Positions 17,205 to 27,287 of a stretch of 64,000 bases of DNA are shown here, piece by piece. A program made the position numbers and the translations under genes. This DNA is from Pseudomonadales bacterium (GTDB lineage: Bacteria > Pseudomonadota > Gammaproteobacteria > Pseudomonadales > Azotimanducaceae), in contig OY762824.1 in the NCBI GenBank assembly GCA_963666465.1, positions 810,112 to 874,111 on the forward strand. Reading direction: 5' to 3'. The notes below the pieces were generated by a model. The model searched no databases. It was not told where the DNA came from and worked only from the letters and a program-made list of their open reading frames with translations. Positions within the stretch are counted from its first letter, which is position 1; the number at the start of each line of letters is the position of its first letter.

Positions 17205-18566
17205 TCAACCTTCCTGCAAGGCCGCCACCAGCGCGTCCACGAAGCCCGTGGCCCAGAAGATGCGGTTGGAACCCTTCACCAGGATCGTGTCGCCCGGCCG
17301 CAACGATTGCGCGCAAGAGGCGGCGAAGGCGGCGTCCGCGTTGGGCAGCCATTGCGCCTCGCCGACTGCGCCGAGTTCCTCATGCAGGGGCGCCATGCCC
17401 GAACCGATGCAGAACACTTGGTCCAATCCTTCGCAAGCGGCAACGAGATCCCGATGAAAGCGCTCGCCGTCGTCCCCAAGCTCCAGCATCTCGCCGAGTG
17501 CGGCAATCCTGCGCCCGCCGGGGTCAAGGGATTCGGCCTCGAGCGCCTCCAAGGCGGTCTTCATGCTGGCGGGATTGGCGTTGTAGCTGTCGTCAATCAC
17601 TGTCACGCCACCGGCCTCGATGCGGTTGCCACGTCCCTTCGGCAGTTGCGCCGTGTGGATCTCTTCAAGTTGCGCCAAGGGCATTTCGAGGGCCAGCAGC
17701 GCCGCGGCGCAGGCCGCAACGGACATGGCGCAGTGCTGCCCTCCTCCCGGCACCGGTGCGGCGACCATGCCTTGCGGAGTGGCGAGTCGGGCACGGTCGC
17801 CATCGAGGCGCAGCAGGCACACGTCGGCTGATTCCTCCCTGCCGAACGTGAGTGTCCGCGGGGCGTCCTTCAATGGCTGCACCTGCTCGTGCCGCACCAG
17901 CACCCCATCCGTGCCAACGCCTTCGGCGATGGAGAGCTTTTCCCGGCGAATGCCTTCGAGCCCATCGTCGAAGAACTCGATGTGCGCAGGGTGGACGTTC
18001 AGGACGATACCGACGTTCGGCGCCGCCAGGCGGCTGAGCGGTGCGATTTCGCCGGGGTGATTGGTGCCGATCTCGTACACCGCCGCGGTGGCATCCTGTG
18101 GCGTCGAAGCAAGCGTCCACGGTACGCCGATGTGGTTGTTGAGGTTGCCGGTGGTAGCGAAGGCACCTAGCGCATGGCACAGGAACTCCTTGCAGGTGGT
18201 CTTGCCGCTGCTGCCGGTGACCGCAGCCACGGGGCAGGCAAGCTGGCCGCGCCGATGGCGTCCGAGCGCCCAAAGTCCGTCCAGCGTATCGGCCACGCGC
18301 AACGTCGGCACGGGGTAGGTTTCGTCTTGATGCGCCAAGACGCCGGCGGCGCCGCGGCGGATCGCATGGGCGATGAAGTCGTGGCCATCCCGGTTCGATG
18401 CGGAACTGGCGCGAAAGCGTGGCCCCGGATTGCCTGGAAGCGCCACGAACAGGTTCCCCGGAGCGAGCTTCCGGGAGTCGATGGCAATTCCGTTGATGTC
18501 CGGCCCTTCCTCCGCCGGCAACCCCAAGGCCGAACGCAAGTCTGACCATCGCCACAAGGAACTCAC
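17205..18566 (-). CDS. murF: Mur ligase family protein, MurF-like (UDP-MurNAc-tripeptide:D-Ala-D-Ala ligase)
   Basis: ATP-binding motif GSSGKTTCKEF and MurF-like N- and C-domains. It is not within a dcw cluster in this window. Confidence 0.75.
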   Translation of the reverse strand: MSSLWRWSDLRSALGLPAEEGPDINGIAIDSRKLAPGNLFVALPGNPGPRFRASSASNRDGHDFIAHAIRRGAAGVLAHQDETYPVPTLRVADTLDGLWALGRHRRGQLACPVAAVTGSSGKTTCKEFLCHALGAFATTGNLNNHIGVPWTLASTPQDATAAVYEIGTNHPGEIAPLSRLAAPNVGIVLNVHPAHIEFFDDGLEGIRREKLSIAEGVGTDGVLVRHEQVQPLKDAPRTLTFGREESADVCLLRLDGDRARLATPQGMVAAPVPGGGQHCAMSVAACAAALLALEMPLAQLEEIHTAQLPKGRGNRIEAGGVTVIDDSYNANPASMKTALEALEAESLDPGGRRIAALGEMLELGDDGERFHRDLVAACEGLDQVFCIGSGMAPLHEELGAVGEAQWLPNADAAFAASCAQSLRPGDTILVKGSNRIFWATGFVDALVAALQEG

Positions 18567-18834
18567 TTTAACGACACTCCATAACCACTTGCACGACAGG
18601 ATCTGCCAGCCAAATCAGCCCCGCCAGGAGCCGGCGCCGTTCCACGGCGCTTGCATCCTAGCGCACACCAGCGCCACAGCGTGAAGGGCGAGATGCCGTC
18701 GCTGCAGCGTCCCTGGGAGGGACACGCCGTGCCGATGGTGCCGATGGCTGCGACGTACGTCCCTACGGCACTCCCACGGCACTTCCAATTGCCGCCCGGA
18801 GTTCCCACAATGGCAAATTCAGTCGCAAGCGACC

Positions 18835-20643
18835 GTGTCCATGTCCATGCACCGTGCCATCAGGCAGTTCTTCTCCGGCGTATCCCGTGCCTTTGCGTGG
18901 GGCCGCGCAGCCCTCGGCAATGCGCTGGTGCTCTTGGTCGCCATCGGCATCGCTGCCTTGCTCGTGTCTTCCGGCCCGTCCACGCCCAGCATCGGACTCG
19001 GCAGCGCCTTGGTGCTTGACCCGGCCGGGGCCATCGTCGAGGAGAGGGTTACCCCAACGGCCACCGAGGTGCTGGCCGGAGGGCCGCCCACCGGCCCGCG
19101 GCTGCGGGACATCACCGACGCTCTGACGGAGGCCGCCGGCGACCATCGCATCGCCGCCCTGTTCGTCGATGTGGAAGACCTTGCCTTCGTTGCGCCCGCG
19201 CATCTGCACGCCATTGGCGAGGCCCTAACCGCCTTCAAGGCGAGCGGCAAGCAAATCGTCGCCTTTGGTGACCACTTCAGCCAAAGCCAGTATTACCTGG
19301 CCAGCTTTGCCGATCAGCTGTTTCTGGCGCCCATGGGCGAGGTCAGCTTCCTCGGCTACGGCCTATTCGGCTTCTACACCAAGGATTTGCTCGACAAGCT
19401 GCGGGTGAATGTCCATGTCTTTCGCGCCGGCGAGTTCAAGGATGCGGTCGAGCCCTATACCCGCAACGAGATGTCCGAGAAGTCCCGCCGCAGCTACCAG
19501 GCGCTGGTGGACCAAACCTGGGCCATGTTCCTGAACCAGGTCGCCAGCAATCGCGGCATCGGCACCGATGCGCTGGCGAACTTCGCCGCCCGATACGACG
19601 AACATCTGGCCGCAGCGGACGGCGATGCCGCACGGACGGCGCTCGAAGCCGGCCTCGTGGACGAACTGCTCGATGCGAACGAAGTGCGCGCGCGTCTCGC
19701 CGATATGGCGGGCACGGATGGCGACGGCTATCGCAGCACCTCCTTCGCCGACTACCTGCGCCCTTCCTTGCCCTCGCCGGACGCACCCATCGCTGTCATC
19801 ACCGCGTCCGGGCTCATCCTTTCCGGTTCCGGCGACGACGGCATTCGCGCCGGCGACTTCACCCGACGCATTCACAACGTCCGCAAGGACGACTCCGTGA
19901 AGGCGCTCGTGGTGCGACTCGACACCGGCGGCGGCAGCGCCTTCGCCTCCGAGGCGATTCGACGGGAACTCGAGCTCTTGCGCATGAAGGGCAAGCCGGT
20001 GGTGGTTTCGATGGGATCGGCTGCGGCTTCCGGAGGCTATTGGATCGCCACCGCCGCCGACCGAATCGTCGCTTCGCCGTTCAGCATCACCGGTTCCATT
20101 GGCGTGTTCGCGCTGGTGCAGACGCTGGAGGAGAGCCTTGCCGGTGTCGGCGTCAACTTCGACGGTGTGGCGACGGGACCCTTGGCTGGCGGCATGAGCG
20201 TCTTCGATGGCGTCGGCGAACAGATGCAGCGGGTGCTGCAATCGAGCGTCGACTACACCTACCGGCAATTCATCAATGTGGTCGCCCGCGGTCGCGGCAT
20301 GTCGCCAGACGAAGTGCGGGCGGTGGCAGACGGCCGCGTGTACAGCGGCCAGCAGGCGGTGGAAGTGGGTCTGGTGGACGAGGTGGGCACCCTCGACGAT
20401 GCCATCCGCATCGCCGCCGAGCTTGCCGGAGTGGAGGACCCCGAAGTGCGTTTCCTGCACCGGCAGCTATCGCCACAGGAGGAACTGCTGCAACGGATGG
20501 TCGAGGAGTTCGCCGGTCTAGGCACACCAAGGCTGCCGGCGGCAGCGACCCGCCACATCGTCCAGGAGATGGATCGCCTGCTCCTCCTCAACGACCCCCG
20601 CCACGTCTACGCCATCTGCCGAACCTGCACGCCAGTGCTTTGA
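18835..20643 (+). CDS. sppA: Signal peptide peptidase SppA (67K type, duplicated S49 domains)
   Basis: An N-terminal TM segment and two S49 peptidase-like halves (..GSAAASGGYWIATAADRIVASP..). Confidence 0.9.
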   Translation: MSMSMHRAIRQFFSGVSRAFAWGRAALGNALVLLVAIGIAALLVSSGPSTPSIGLGSALVLDPAGAIVEERVTPTATEVLAGGPPTGPRLRDITDALTEAAGDHRIAALFVDVEDLAFVAPAHLHAIGEALTAFKASGKQIVAFGDHFSQSQYYLASFADQLFLAPMGEVSFLGYGLFGFYTKDLLDKLRVNVHVFRAGEFKDAVEPYTRNEMSEKSRRSYQALVDQTWAMFLNQVASNRGIGTDALANFAARYDEHLAAADGDAARTALEAGLVDELLDANEVRARLADMAGTDGDGYRSTSFADYLRPSLPSPDAPIAVITASGLILSGSGDDGIRAGDFTRRIHNVRKDDSVKALVVRLDTGGGSAFASEAIRRELELLRMKGKPVVVSMGSAAASGGYWIATAADRIVASPFSITGSIGVFALVQTLEESLAGVGVNFDGVATGPLAGGMSVFDGVGEQMQRVLQSSVDYTYRQFINVVARGRGMSPDEVRAVADGRVYSGQQAVEVGLVDEVGTLDDAIRIAAELAGVEDPEVRFLHRQLSPQEELLQRMVEEFAGLGTPRLPAAATRHIVQEMDRLLLLNDPRHVYAICRTCTPVL

Positions 20644-20786
20644 GCCACAGAACATCGCGGATGGGAAGATCCCGCGCCCCAAGGGCACATCAACCTCCGC
20701 CCAAGCGGGAAGAAGAGGTGGGAGCGCCCGCGCCGCGCCTCTCTGGGGGGCGTCTCGCCCTCCTCGCGCGCCGCAAGGCGCGTTAA

Positions 20787-22898
20787 CCCAAGTTTACCAA
20801 CGAAAAAAATAAACTGTTGTATCTCAACAATTTAGGTTGACCGAATCGCGCGCATGGCACTACATTCGTGCCCGACGTGATGGTTTCCCCTCAGACGACC
20901 GCCTGGTGTGTCCCCCCGGCTGAGGAGGGGATCCCCAAGGCATCGAGGATGGCCTTCTGCTGCGGTTCCGGGCGCGTCGCCTTGCGCACATGCAGCGTGC
21001 GTCCGTCGGCGCGCTTGAACGTCGCGGTCACCCGCTGACGGCCGCCGAGAATCCGTTTGAGCGTCGTCCAGTTCGCCGTGCGCATCGGCCCGTCGCCGCG
21101 CTCGGCCAGACGGGTGCGAATCACCTGGACCCGTTGGTAGGCGATCACCGTGATGAACAGATGGCCCTCGGCACGGCGCGGCTTGCGGTGATGGATGGGG
21201 CGCAGGCCCAGTTCGGATTTCAGGGAACGGAACGCCGCCTCGACATCCGTGAGCAGGGTGAAGGTGCGCCACAGGCGCTCCTCGCTGAAGTCGGTCTCGT
21301 TGCTGCGCAGGCAATAGACGCCCGGATGGGTGAGCATCGTCCCGGCCACCGGCGTGCGGAGGAAGGTCACCGCCACGGCCCGTTTGCCGCTCTCGTCGGT
21401 TGCCACCGCGATGTCGTAGTGTTGGCCGACACCGCGGCTCTTCTCCACCAGCCGGCCGATGCGTTGCCAGATCTTTTCCGGCTTCTTCTGCGTGCGCGGC
21501 CGCGACAGCCCCTCGTTGATCGCATCGAGATCCCGCTCCAGGCGTTGCGCAAACCGCTCGGCCATGCCGCGCTCCTTCTCGGCACGCTGCTCGGAGCAGC
21601 AGTACAGGCGCACCTCGCCCGCCTCGGCGTCGTCCACCTTCTCCAGATGCACCACCCCGCCGCTGCGGGTGCGGTGGGCGAGTGCCGCCTCGGGCTCGAA
21701 GCGGCGCTTGCGCTCGCGCGAGACCACGATGTAGCGGTACCCGTTCGCCTTCAGCCAGTCGACCTGTCGCTCGGTGGCGATGCCCCGGTCGAGCACCACC
21801 CGCGACCCCGGCGGTGCCCCGAGCGCGTCCAGCATGCCGGAAAGCGTCCGGTCTTCCTTGACGTTGCCCGCGAACACCCGCGAACGCCGCACGAAACCAC
21901 CCCCGTCCAGCACCAGCCCCAGGGTGAGCAGCTTGCAGTCGCTGCGCTTCTCCTTCGAATGCCCCCGCCGCGCCTCGGGCTGATCCGCCACATCGCCCTC
22001 GTAATAGGTGTTGGTCAGATCGTAGAGCGTCACCGTCGGCGCCAGGTCGAACAGGTCCATGGCGCTCTCGAACAGATGCGCCTCGATCGCTTCGCGGTGG
22101 GCAACCAAGGCATCCGAGGCCCGGTACAACTGCATCGCCCCCATGGTCTCGAAGTCCACACCCAGCAACTCCCCCAAGGCACTGCGCTCGCGCAGCCAGG
22201 CGTGCGTGGCCCGCTCCGAGGCCGGGTACGCAAGCCGCGCCACGATCGAGGCCACCGCGGCCGTGCACGGCGACGCGTTGATGCCCAGGGTCGACAGCAA
22301 CTCCATCAGGCCCAACCGCTCGACCGCCCACAGTCCCGCCTGCTCGACCGCCCACAGTCCCGCCTGCTCGACGCCCACGCTGCGCGGGCGCGTCAACTCG
22401 AGCGACGCCACGTCCACACGGACCGGATCACGCACCGCTTCGGCGTCCCCCGCCCGGCCGCGGGCCAGCAGTTGCGCCCCGATCCGTTGCGCTTCTTCCT
22501 CGACGGCAGCCGGCGCATCGTCGGTGAGCGGCGCCTGGCCGTTCAAGATCTCGTCGATGCGCCGGCACAGTTCCGGCCACTCCTCCACAGGCAGGTCGAA
22601 ATCGCTGCCGAGGTTCAACAACGTGCGCTGGCGGACCTTGGCGCCGTCGCGCCGACTGTGCACGAGGCGGTGGGAGTGGTAGTCCTGGCCGCCGGTGCGG
22701 CGGGTGAGGGTACGGCGGATGAACATGGCGGGTGACGGTAGCGGCGCCGGCCACCCATGTCAACCGACACCACCCCATTATGGCACTACATCGGTCGATC
22801 CACCCCACCAGGAACCGGAAAACAACGAGTTGCCGACCCCAAAACCGTCAATCACCGCAAGATCGGGCGAAAATCACGGGGTTGTTGGTAAAGATGGG
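20787..22898 (-). mobile_element. IS1634-family insertion sequence, copy 4 (2112 bp)
   Basis: Same IRs. Perfect 4-bp direct repeat ttaa at 20783-20786 and 22899-22902. Carries the same 24-bp duplication as copy 3. Confidence 0.95.
20891..22726 (-). CDS. IS1634-family transposase, 611 aa
   Basis: The translation is identical to that of copy 3. Confidence 0.9.
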   Translation of the reverse strand: MFIRRTLTRRTGGQDYHSHRLVHSRRDGAKVRQRTLLNLGSDFDLPVEEWPELCRRIDEILNGQAPLTDDAPAAVEEEAQRIGAQLLARGRAGDAEAVRDPVRVDVASLELTRPRSVGVEQAGLWAVEQAGLWAVERLGLMELLSTLGINASPCTAAVASIVARLAYPASERATHAWLRERSALGELLGVDFETMGAMQLYRASDALVAHREAIEAHLFESAMDLFDLAPTVTLYDLTNTYYEGDVADQPEARRGHSKEKRSDCKLLTLGLVLDGGGFVRRSRVFAGNVKEDRTLSGMLDALGAPPGSRVVLDRGIATERQVDWLKANGYRYIVVSRERKRRFEPEAALAHRTRSGGVVHLEKVDDAEAGEVRLYCCSEQRAEKERGMAERFAQRLERDLDAINEGLSRPRTQKKPEKIWQRIGRLVEKSRGVGQHYDIAVATDESGKRAVAVTFLRTPVAGTMLTHPGVYCLRSNETDFSEERLWRTFTLLTDVEAAFRSLKSELGLRPIHHRKPRRAEGHLFITVIAYQRVQVIRTRLAERGDGPMRTANWTTLKRILGGRQRVTATFKRADGRTLHVRKATRPEPQQKAILDALGIPSSAGGTHQAVV

Positions 22899-23152
22899 TT
22901 AACACTCTGGTTTGCGAGGGGTGCTGGGGGGCGAGGGCATTGAAGCCCTCGCTTGCGCCGCAAGGCGCGTCCGTGAGCGACGGAATGGCTGCATGAATCA
23001 ACTCTTCCTCTCGAAAGAAACCCTGGCCTCGGAGAGGGCGGCCCCCGGAGCGACCGCATCCTTTCTGCGGCAGGCCCGCGCCAGGAGGCGCCCACGAGGA
23101 CCGTATGAATGCTGTTCTCGAAGGGTGCCGCCCTTCTTTCGTTGGCACCGCG

Positions 23153-24424
23153 TTACAGGCCAGGCCGCGCGACGGAATGGTGCCCCGTCTCGAACCAACG
23201 TCGCATGCTGGGGATGGGGCAGTGGTATCTATCTGAGCCGGGCTTCTTCTGCAACATGCCGGCATGGGTCATTGCCTCCACGAAATCCATGCCGTTTGGG
23301 GCGTACTTGGAAGTGTTGGCAAGATGGATGTCGGCGGTCTCTGCCAAAGCGACTCCTTCACCGCCATCACGTTCCGCAGCTTCCTGCACCACGGCGCGGG
23401 TGGCGTCCCGATACCGGCCCCGGAACACGTTGCCATGTCGGCTCTGATAGTAGAGATTCCGCGACGCTTCGATGTGGCGACACACGGCGTCCGTATCGAG
23501 GTCGGCGAGGTCGCGTGAGTCCGCAGCCAGCAGTCCCTCCGCCACAGCCGCAACCTGCACGCGCAGGTGCTGGGGCCAATGATCTCCGCCCGCCACCATC
23601 CAATCCACCAGTGCCGTCACGGCACCCAATCTGCCCTGGGCGCCGAGGTAGTCCACGAGCATGTCGCGAACGTACTCGCGGCTTTCTTGGGGTTCGAGTC
23701 CCCCAAGCGTGAGGATGTTGGCGCCGTCAAGGCGCGTGATGCCGGCCTGTTCATTCAACACCGCCTGCGTGTCGGCCAACCCGGCGTACACCGGCACGAT
23801 GGACACGCAGCCGTCCGGTGGGCCTTCGTGGAGCGCAAAGGGGATCCTGTCGTGGTGGATGTCGCCGTGCTGGGTGAAGGTCTGCATTTCGTCCACGAAC
23901 AGAAGAATGGGCCGACCGGCAAGCTCCTCCCCATACAGATCCCGGATGGTGTGCCAAGGCACCATGCCTTCGCGTTCCGCCTTGACGGTGTCCGAGGGCA
24001 CCTCCGTTTCGACAGCATGGGACACACCGCCCTTGGCCACCAACGCGTTCGCTTCGGTCGAGAGAGCTTGGGATCGGGTCATTCGCTCCGCCGGAGCCTT
24101 GCCGAACACCTTGCCCAGTGCGGTCACAAACGCGGCTGGGCCCAGCAGGTCTCCCTGCAACTGAATCGGCACAGCTGCTTCCATGTCGCCGTAGCGGCGC
24201 ATGGCTTCGGCGATGAATGCGGACTTGCCCGCGCCCGGAGCCCCACCGATAACGATAGTCGTGCTGCCGGGTTGAAGCTTCACCTTCTCAATCATTGCCG
24301 CCACGCGTGCGAACAAGGCGTGACGGCCCACGAACACCGGCTCGACGTCGCGGTCACCCAGCAGGCAGTATTCCCTCAGGCGCCGTCGCCATTGTGCATC
24401 GTTGAGTTCCGTGGCAGGGGTCAT
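23153..24424 (-). CDS. Orphan P-loop NTPase (AAA/ORC-Cdc6-like ATPase domain plus uncharacterised C-terminal domain), 423 aa
   Basis: Walker A GGAPGAGKS and Walker B ILLFVDEMQ. I recognise no other domain. Confidence 0.65.
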   Translation of the reverse strand: MTPATELNDAQWRRRLREYCLLGDRDVEPVFVGRHALFARVAAMIEKVKLQPGSTTIVIGGAPGAGKSAFIAEAMRRYGDMEAAVPIQLQGDLLGPAAFVTALGKVFGKAPAERMTRSQALSTEANALVAKGGVSHAVETEVPSDTVKAEREGMVPWHTIRDLYGEELAGRPILLFVDEMQTFTQHGDIHHDRIPFALHEGPPDGCVSIVPVYAGLADTQAVLNEQAGITRLDGANILTLGGLEPQESREYVRDMLVDYLGAQGRLGAVTALVDWMVAGGDHWPQHLRVQVAAVAEGLLAADSRDLADLDTDAVCRHIEASRNLYYQSRHGNVFRGRYRDATRAVVQEAAERDGGEGVALAETADIHLANTSKYAPNGMDFVEAMTHAGMLQKKPGSDRYHCPIPSMRRWFETGHHSVARPGL

Positions 24425-24572
24425 GGCGTTCTCGGAAACGGCTCGATTCGGCTCCTTGGACCTCTACGGCCGAGTGAGCGGTTCCATTGTCGCACACGCC
24501 CGGCACCGCCGTCGGTGGGGCCACCTCGTCGTGCGGAATAAACAGCATGTGGCGAATGCAGCAAAGACACGG

Positions 24573-25286
24573 CTACCGCCAGAGGAAGCCTCGGCCTGTG
24601 GTGCGGTATTGGGTGGCTTCGGCGTTCGTGATCTTGATGCCCTCGGTGCGGAGCTTCTCGCCGAGAGCGAGGTGGTTCGGGTCTGTGGCGTGCTTCTCCG
24701 TGGCGGCGGCGTCTGTGCAGGCCATTGCGAACAGGAGGTCGCCTGCGGCCCACGGGTCGGAGTCTGGGAAGTCGGCGACCACGCCGCCGGCATAGACCAG
24801 CGTGTCAGGCTCGGCGTCCCAGCAATAGCGGGCGTGTTCGCGGCTCAGGTCGATGAATCGGTGGCGGTGGGTGGGGGTGGCGAAGCTCATGCCGAGTAGC
24901 GTCAGGGAGTGTTCGGTGCCCTTGGCTGACGGCGCCAGGTTTGGGCGCGACCACCAGCCGTAGTCCGGCACGTCGAAGGCGATGTTGACGAGGGAGCGGC
25001 GCTTGATCATGCGGCGGCTGCCCATGGCTTCGCCGATGGCTTTGTGGGACGGGCGTTCCATGTGGATCTGCAGGCTCGACAGGCCCCGTTCGTAGCGCTC
25101 GTAAACGAGCACGCGGGTTTCGTCTTCAACGTGGACCGCGGCCTCGTAGGCAGTGGTTTCCGGTTCGTGGTCGTAGGCGTCTTGGGCACGCTTCTCCCAT
25201 TCGTCAAGCCACTCGGTTGTGGTGGTGGTTTCGGTTCGAATCTCGAATTCCACGACGGCGATCATGGGGCGGTCGTCGTTGCTCAT
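24573..25286 (-). CDS. Protein with two ABM/Dabb-like (antibiotic-biosynthesis-monooxygenase fold) halves
   Basis: The first half (IAVVEFEIRTE...VLVYERYE) is clearly ABM-like; calling the rest of the 237-aa protein a second ABM-like half is my guess from length and pattern. Confidence 0.5.
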   Translation of the reverse strand: MSNDDRPMIAVVEFEIRTETTTTTEWLDEWEKRAQDAYDHEPETTAYEAAVHVEDETRVLVYERYERGLSSLQIHMERPSHKAIGEAMGSRRMIKRRSLVNIAFDVPDYGWWSRPNLAPSAKGTEHSLTLLGMSFATPTHRHRFIDLSREHARYCWDAEPDTLVYAGGVVADFPDSDPWAAGDLLFAMACTDAAATEKHATDPNHLALGEKLRTEGIKITNAEATQYRTTGRGFLWR

Positions 25287-25368
25287 TAGGGTGCTCTCGG
25301 TAAACTTGCATCCAGTTCATCATACGTCTGGCGAGTTGCCCAAGTGGCGTCAGTCGGAACCATACGAA

Positions 25369-25724
25369 GTGCCTGCGAGGCTGTCGCGCCTGCTTCGGGA
25401 AGCCGGGCGGAAGGCGATCCTGCGTTCCGAACTCGTCCCGCACGCCCCGGCGCACGCCTGCGATCGAGCGCTGCGCCATTTCTGCGACTCCGGTGAACTG
25501 ACGCGGGTTGGCCAAGGCATCTACGGCATCGGCGCTGCCAAGGTGTTCGAAATCGTGCCGGAAGCGATGCCGAGCTGGGCTATCGCATCCTGCCGGAGGC
25601 GCCGGTGCATGGGTATGGCCAGAAGTCGGGAGGCGCAGTCTGGCGGCTGGACCGACCCTGCCGTGGCTTCATCCGCAAGCGTGGGGTGCAGGCGATGTTC
25701 GAGACGCCGGATGGGAGGCCGGTC
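25369..25724 (+). pseudogene. Possible small winged-helix (AbiEi-N-terminal-like) gene, frameshifted near 25570-25580
   Basis: Frame 1 reads ARLSRLLREAGRKAILRSELV...RALRHFCDSGELTRVGQGIYGIG. The next frame continues with protein-like sequence, KLGYRILPEAPVHGYGQKSGGAVWRLDRPCRGFIRKRGVQAMFE. The family assignment is weak and from memory. Confidence 0.25.
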
Positions 25725-25812
25725 GCGAGCCAACAACAAGGAGGCAACGTGGAACCGATGCCGCCAGCGCCACGGCGACGAGACCGGTCGCAATCCGATG
25801 CACCGCCCAAGC

Positions 25813-27030
25813 TCAATAGCGGATGGAGGTGTCGAGCGTCACCCAACGGCCATCGCGCACCACCGAAAGCGCCGACTCGTCGACCCCCTTGTGGTCGTTC
25901 GGGCCAAAGACGATGGAGTAGCCGAAGATGTCGGTGTAGTCGTTGATCGACTCCATCGCCTCGATGAACTTCTCGCGGGTGAGGTCGCGTCCGGCGCGTT
26001 CGAGCGCCACCGCCACGAGATCGGCGCCGCGGTAGCCCTCCATCGCCGGCAACCCGGCCTCCTCGCCGTACCGTTCTCGATAGCGACGCATCCAGTCGCG
26101 CTGTTCCTCCGGCAGGGTCTCGTCGTCTTCGTAGATCTTGGCCATGTGGACGAAGGCGTAGTAGCCCTCGCCCGCGCCGCTCTCCTGATCGGCGATCACC
26201 TGACCGTAGGCGGCGTTATTGCCCACCCAAGCCACGTCGACATAGCCGAGCTTGCGCGCCGCCTCCAGGATGAGAATGGTATCGCGATGCACCGAGCCCA
26301 GCATCACGAGGTCGCAGCCGGCGTTGCGCAGGCGAATCACGGACGCGGTGAATTCGCTGTCGGTGATCTTGTGCGCCGCGGTCTCGGCGATCTCGATGCC
26401 CATCTCGGCGGCCTGGTCCTGGGCGCCTTCGAGAATCTCAAGGCCGTAGTCGTTGTTGAGGTACATCACGCAAGGCGTGGTCTTGCCCTCGTGCTCGACG
26501 AAATACTTCACGCCGGCGCGGATTTCGTCGTAATAGGTGCCGTGCTGGGAGAACATCAAGCGCTCGAACGGCTCCACCATCGCCCTCGCGCCGGTGCCGG
26601 GGAAGATGTTCGGCACGCCGGCGCGGAACTGCGTCTGCATCACGGCGTTGTTGGTGGGCGTGCCCACCGCCATCAGCATGGCGAAGATCTTGTCGCGATT
26701 GATGAGCTTGTTGGCGGCGGAGATGGCGCGAGGCACCTGATACTGCGTGTCTTCGACGATGTAGCGGATGGTGCGGCCATGCACGCCGCCGGCCTCGTTT
26801 ACCTCATCGAAGCGCATCCGGGCACCGTTGAGGACGCCCACGCCCCAGATGGCGATGGCGCCGGATAGGTCGGTATGGGTGCCGAACACCACTTCCGTGT
26901 CCGTCACGCCGTCCACCACCGGCGCTTCCGCGTCCGCCTCGGTGGCAGCCTCGCCGCAGCCGCCGAGGCCCAACGGCAACCCCAGCGCCAGAGCCAGTCC
27001 AATGGCAAGCGATCTCTTCCTGTGCGACAT
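25813..27030 (-). CDS. Branched-chain-amino-acid-type (LivJ/K family, type I PBP) ABC substrate-binding lipoprotein
   Basis: Lipobox LGLGGC and type I periplasmic binding protein sequence. Confidence 0.9.
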   Translation of the reverse strand: MSHRKRSLAIGLALALGLPLGLGGCGEAATEADAEAPVVDGVTDTEVVFGTHTDLSGAIAIWGVGVLNGARMRFDEVNEAGGVHGRTIRYIVEDTQYQVPRAISAANKLINRDKIFAMLMAVGTPTNNAVMQTQFRAGVPNIFPGTGARAMVEPFERLMFSQHGTYYDEIRAGVKYFVEHEGKTTPCVMYLNNDYGLEILEGAQDQAAEMGIEIAETAAHKITDSEFTASVIRLRNAGCDLVMLGSVHRDTILILEAARKLGYVDVAWVGNNAAYGQVIADQESGAGEGYYAFVHMAKIYEDDETLPEEQRDWMRRYRERYGEEAGLPAMEGYRGADLVAVALERAGRDLTREKFIEAMESINDYTDIFGYSIVFGPNDHKGVDESALSVVRDGRWVTLDTSIRY

Positions 27031-27287
27031 CTCGCGACGCTCCTCGTGTCAGCGTGCCAAGCGTGGCCCTGTTGGGGGCTTCAAATCAAGTCTGCGGGCG
27101 CGCGGCGCGCGCGGCCCCCATCGCCGGACGCGACCCCCATCGCTTCCCCACACGGAAGTGATGGGGAAGGCGCTCGCCGCTGCTCCTGTCGCTCCCTTCT
27201 TGGGTGGAGTCCGGAAACGGCCAAGGTTCCCGGAGGGTGGGCCGCCTCCCCGAGACGCCTGCCTCCGCCGGCACCCTTCATCGAAGC

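Noticed and set aside
25219-26868. 549-aa plus-strand ORF.
   Set aside because: It is antisense to a well-supported LivJ/K-type binding protein. Only its first ~120 codons, outside that gene, may reflect a real small gene, which is reported separately at low confidence.
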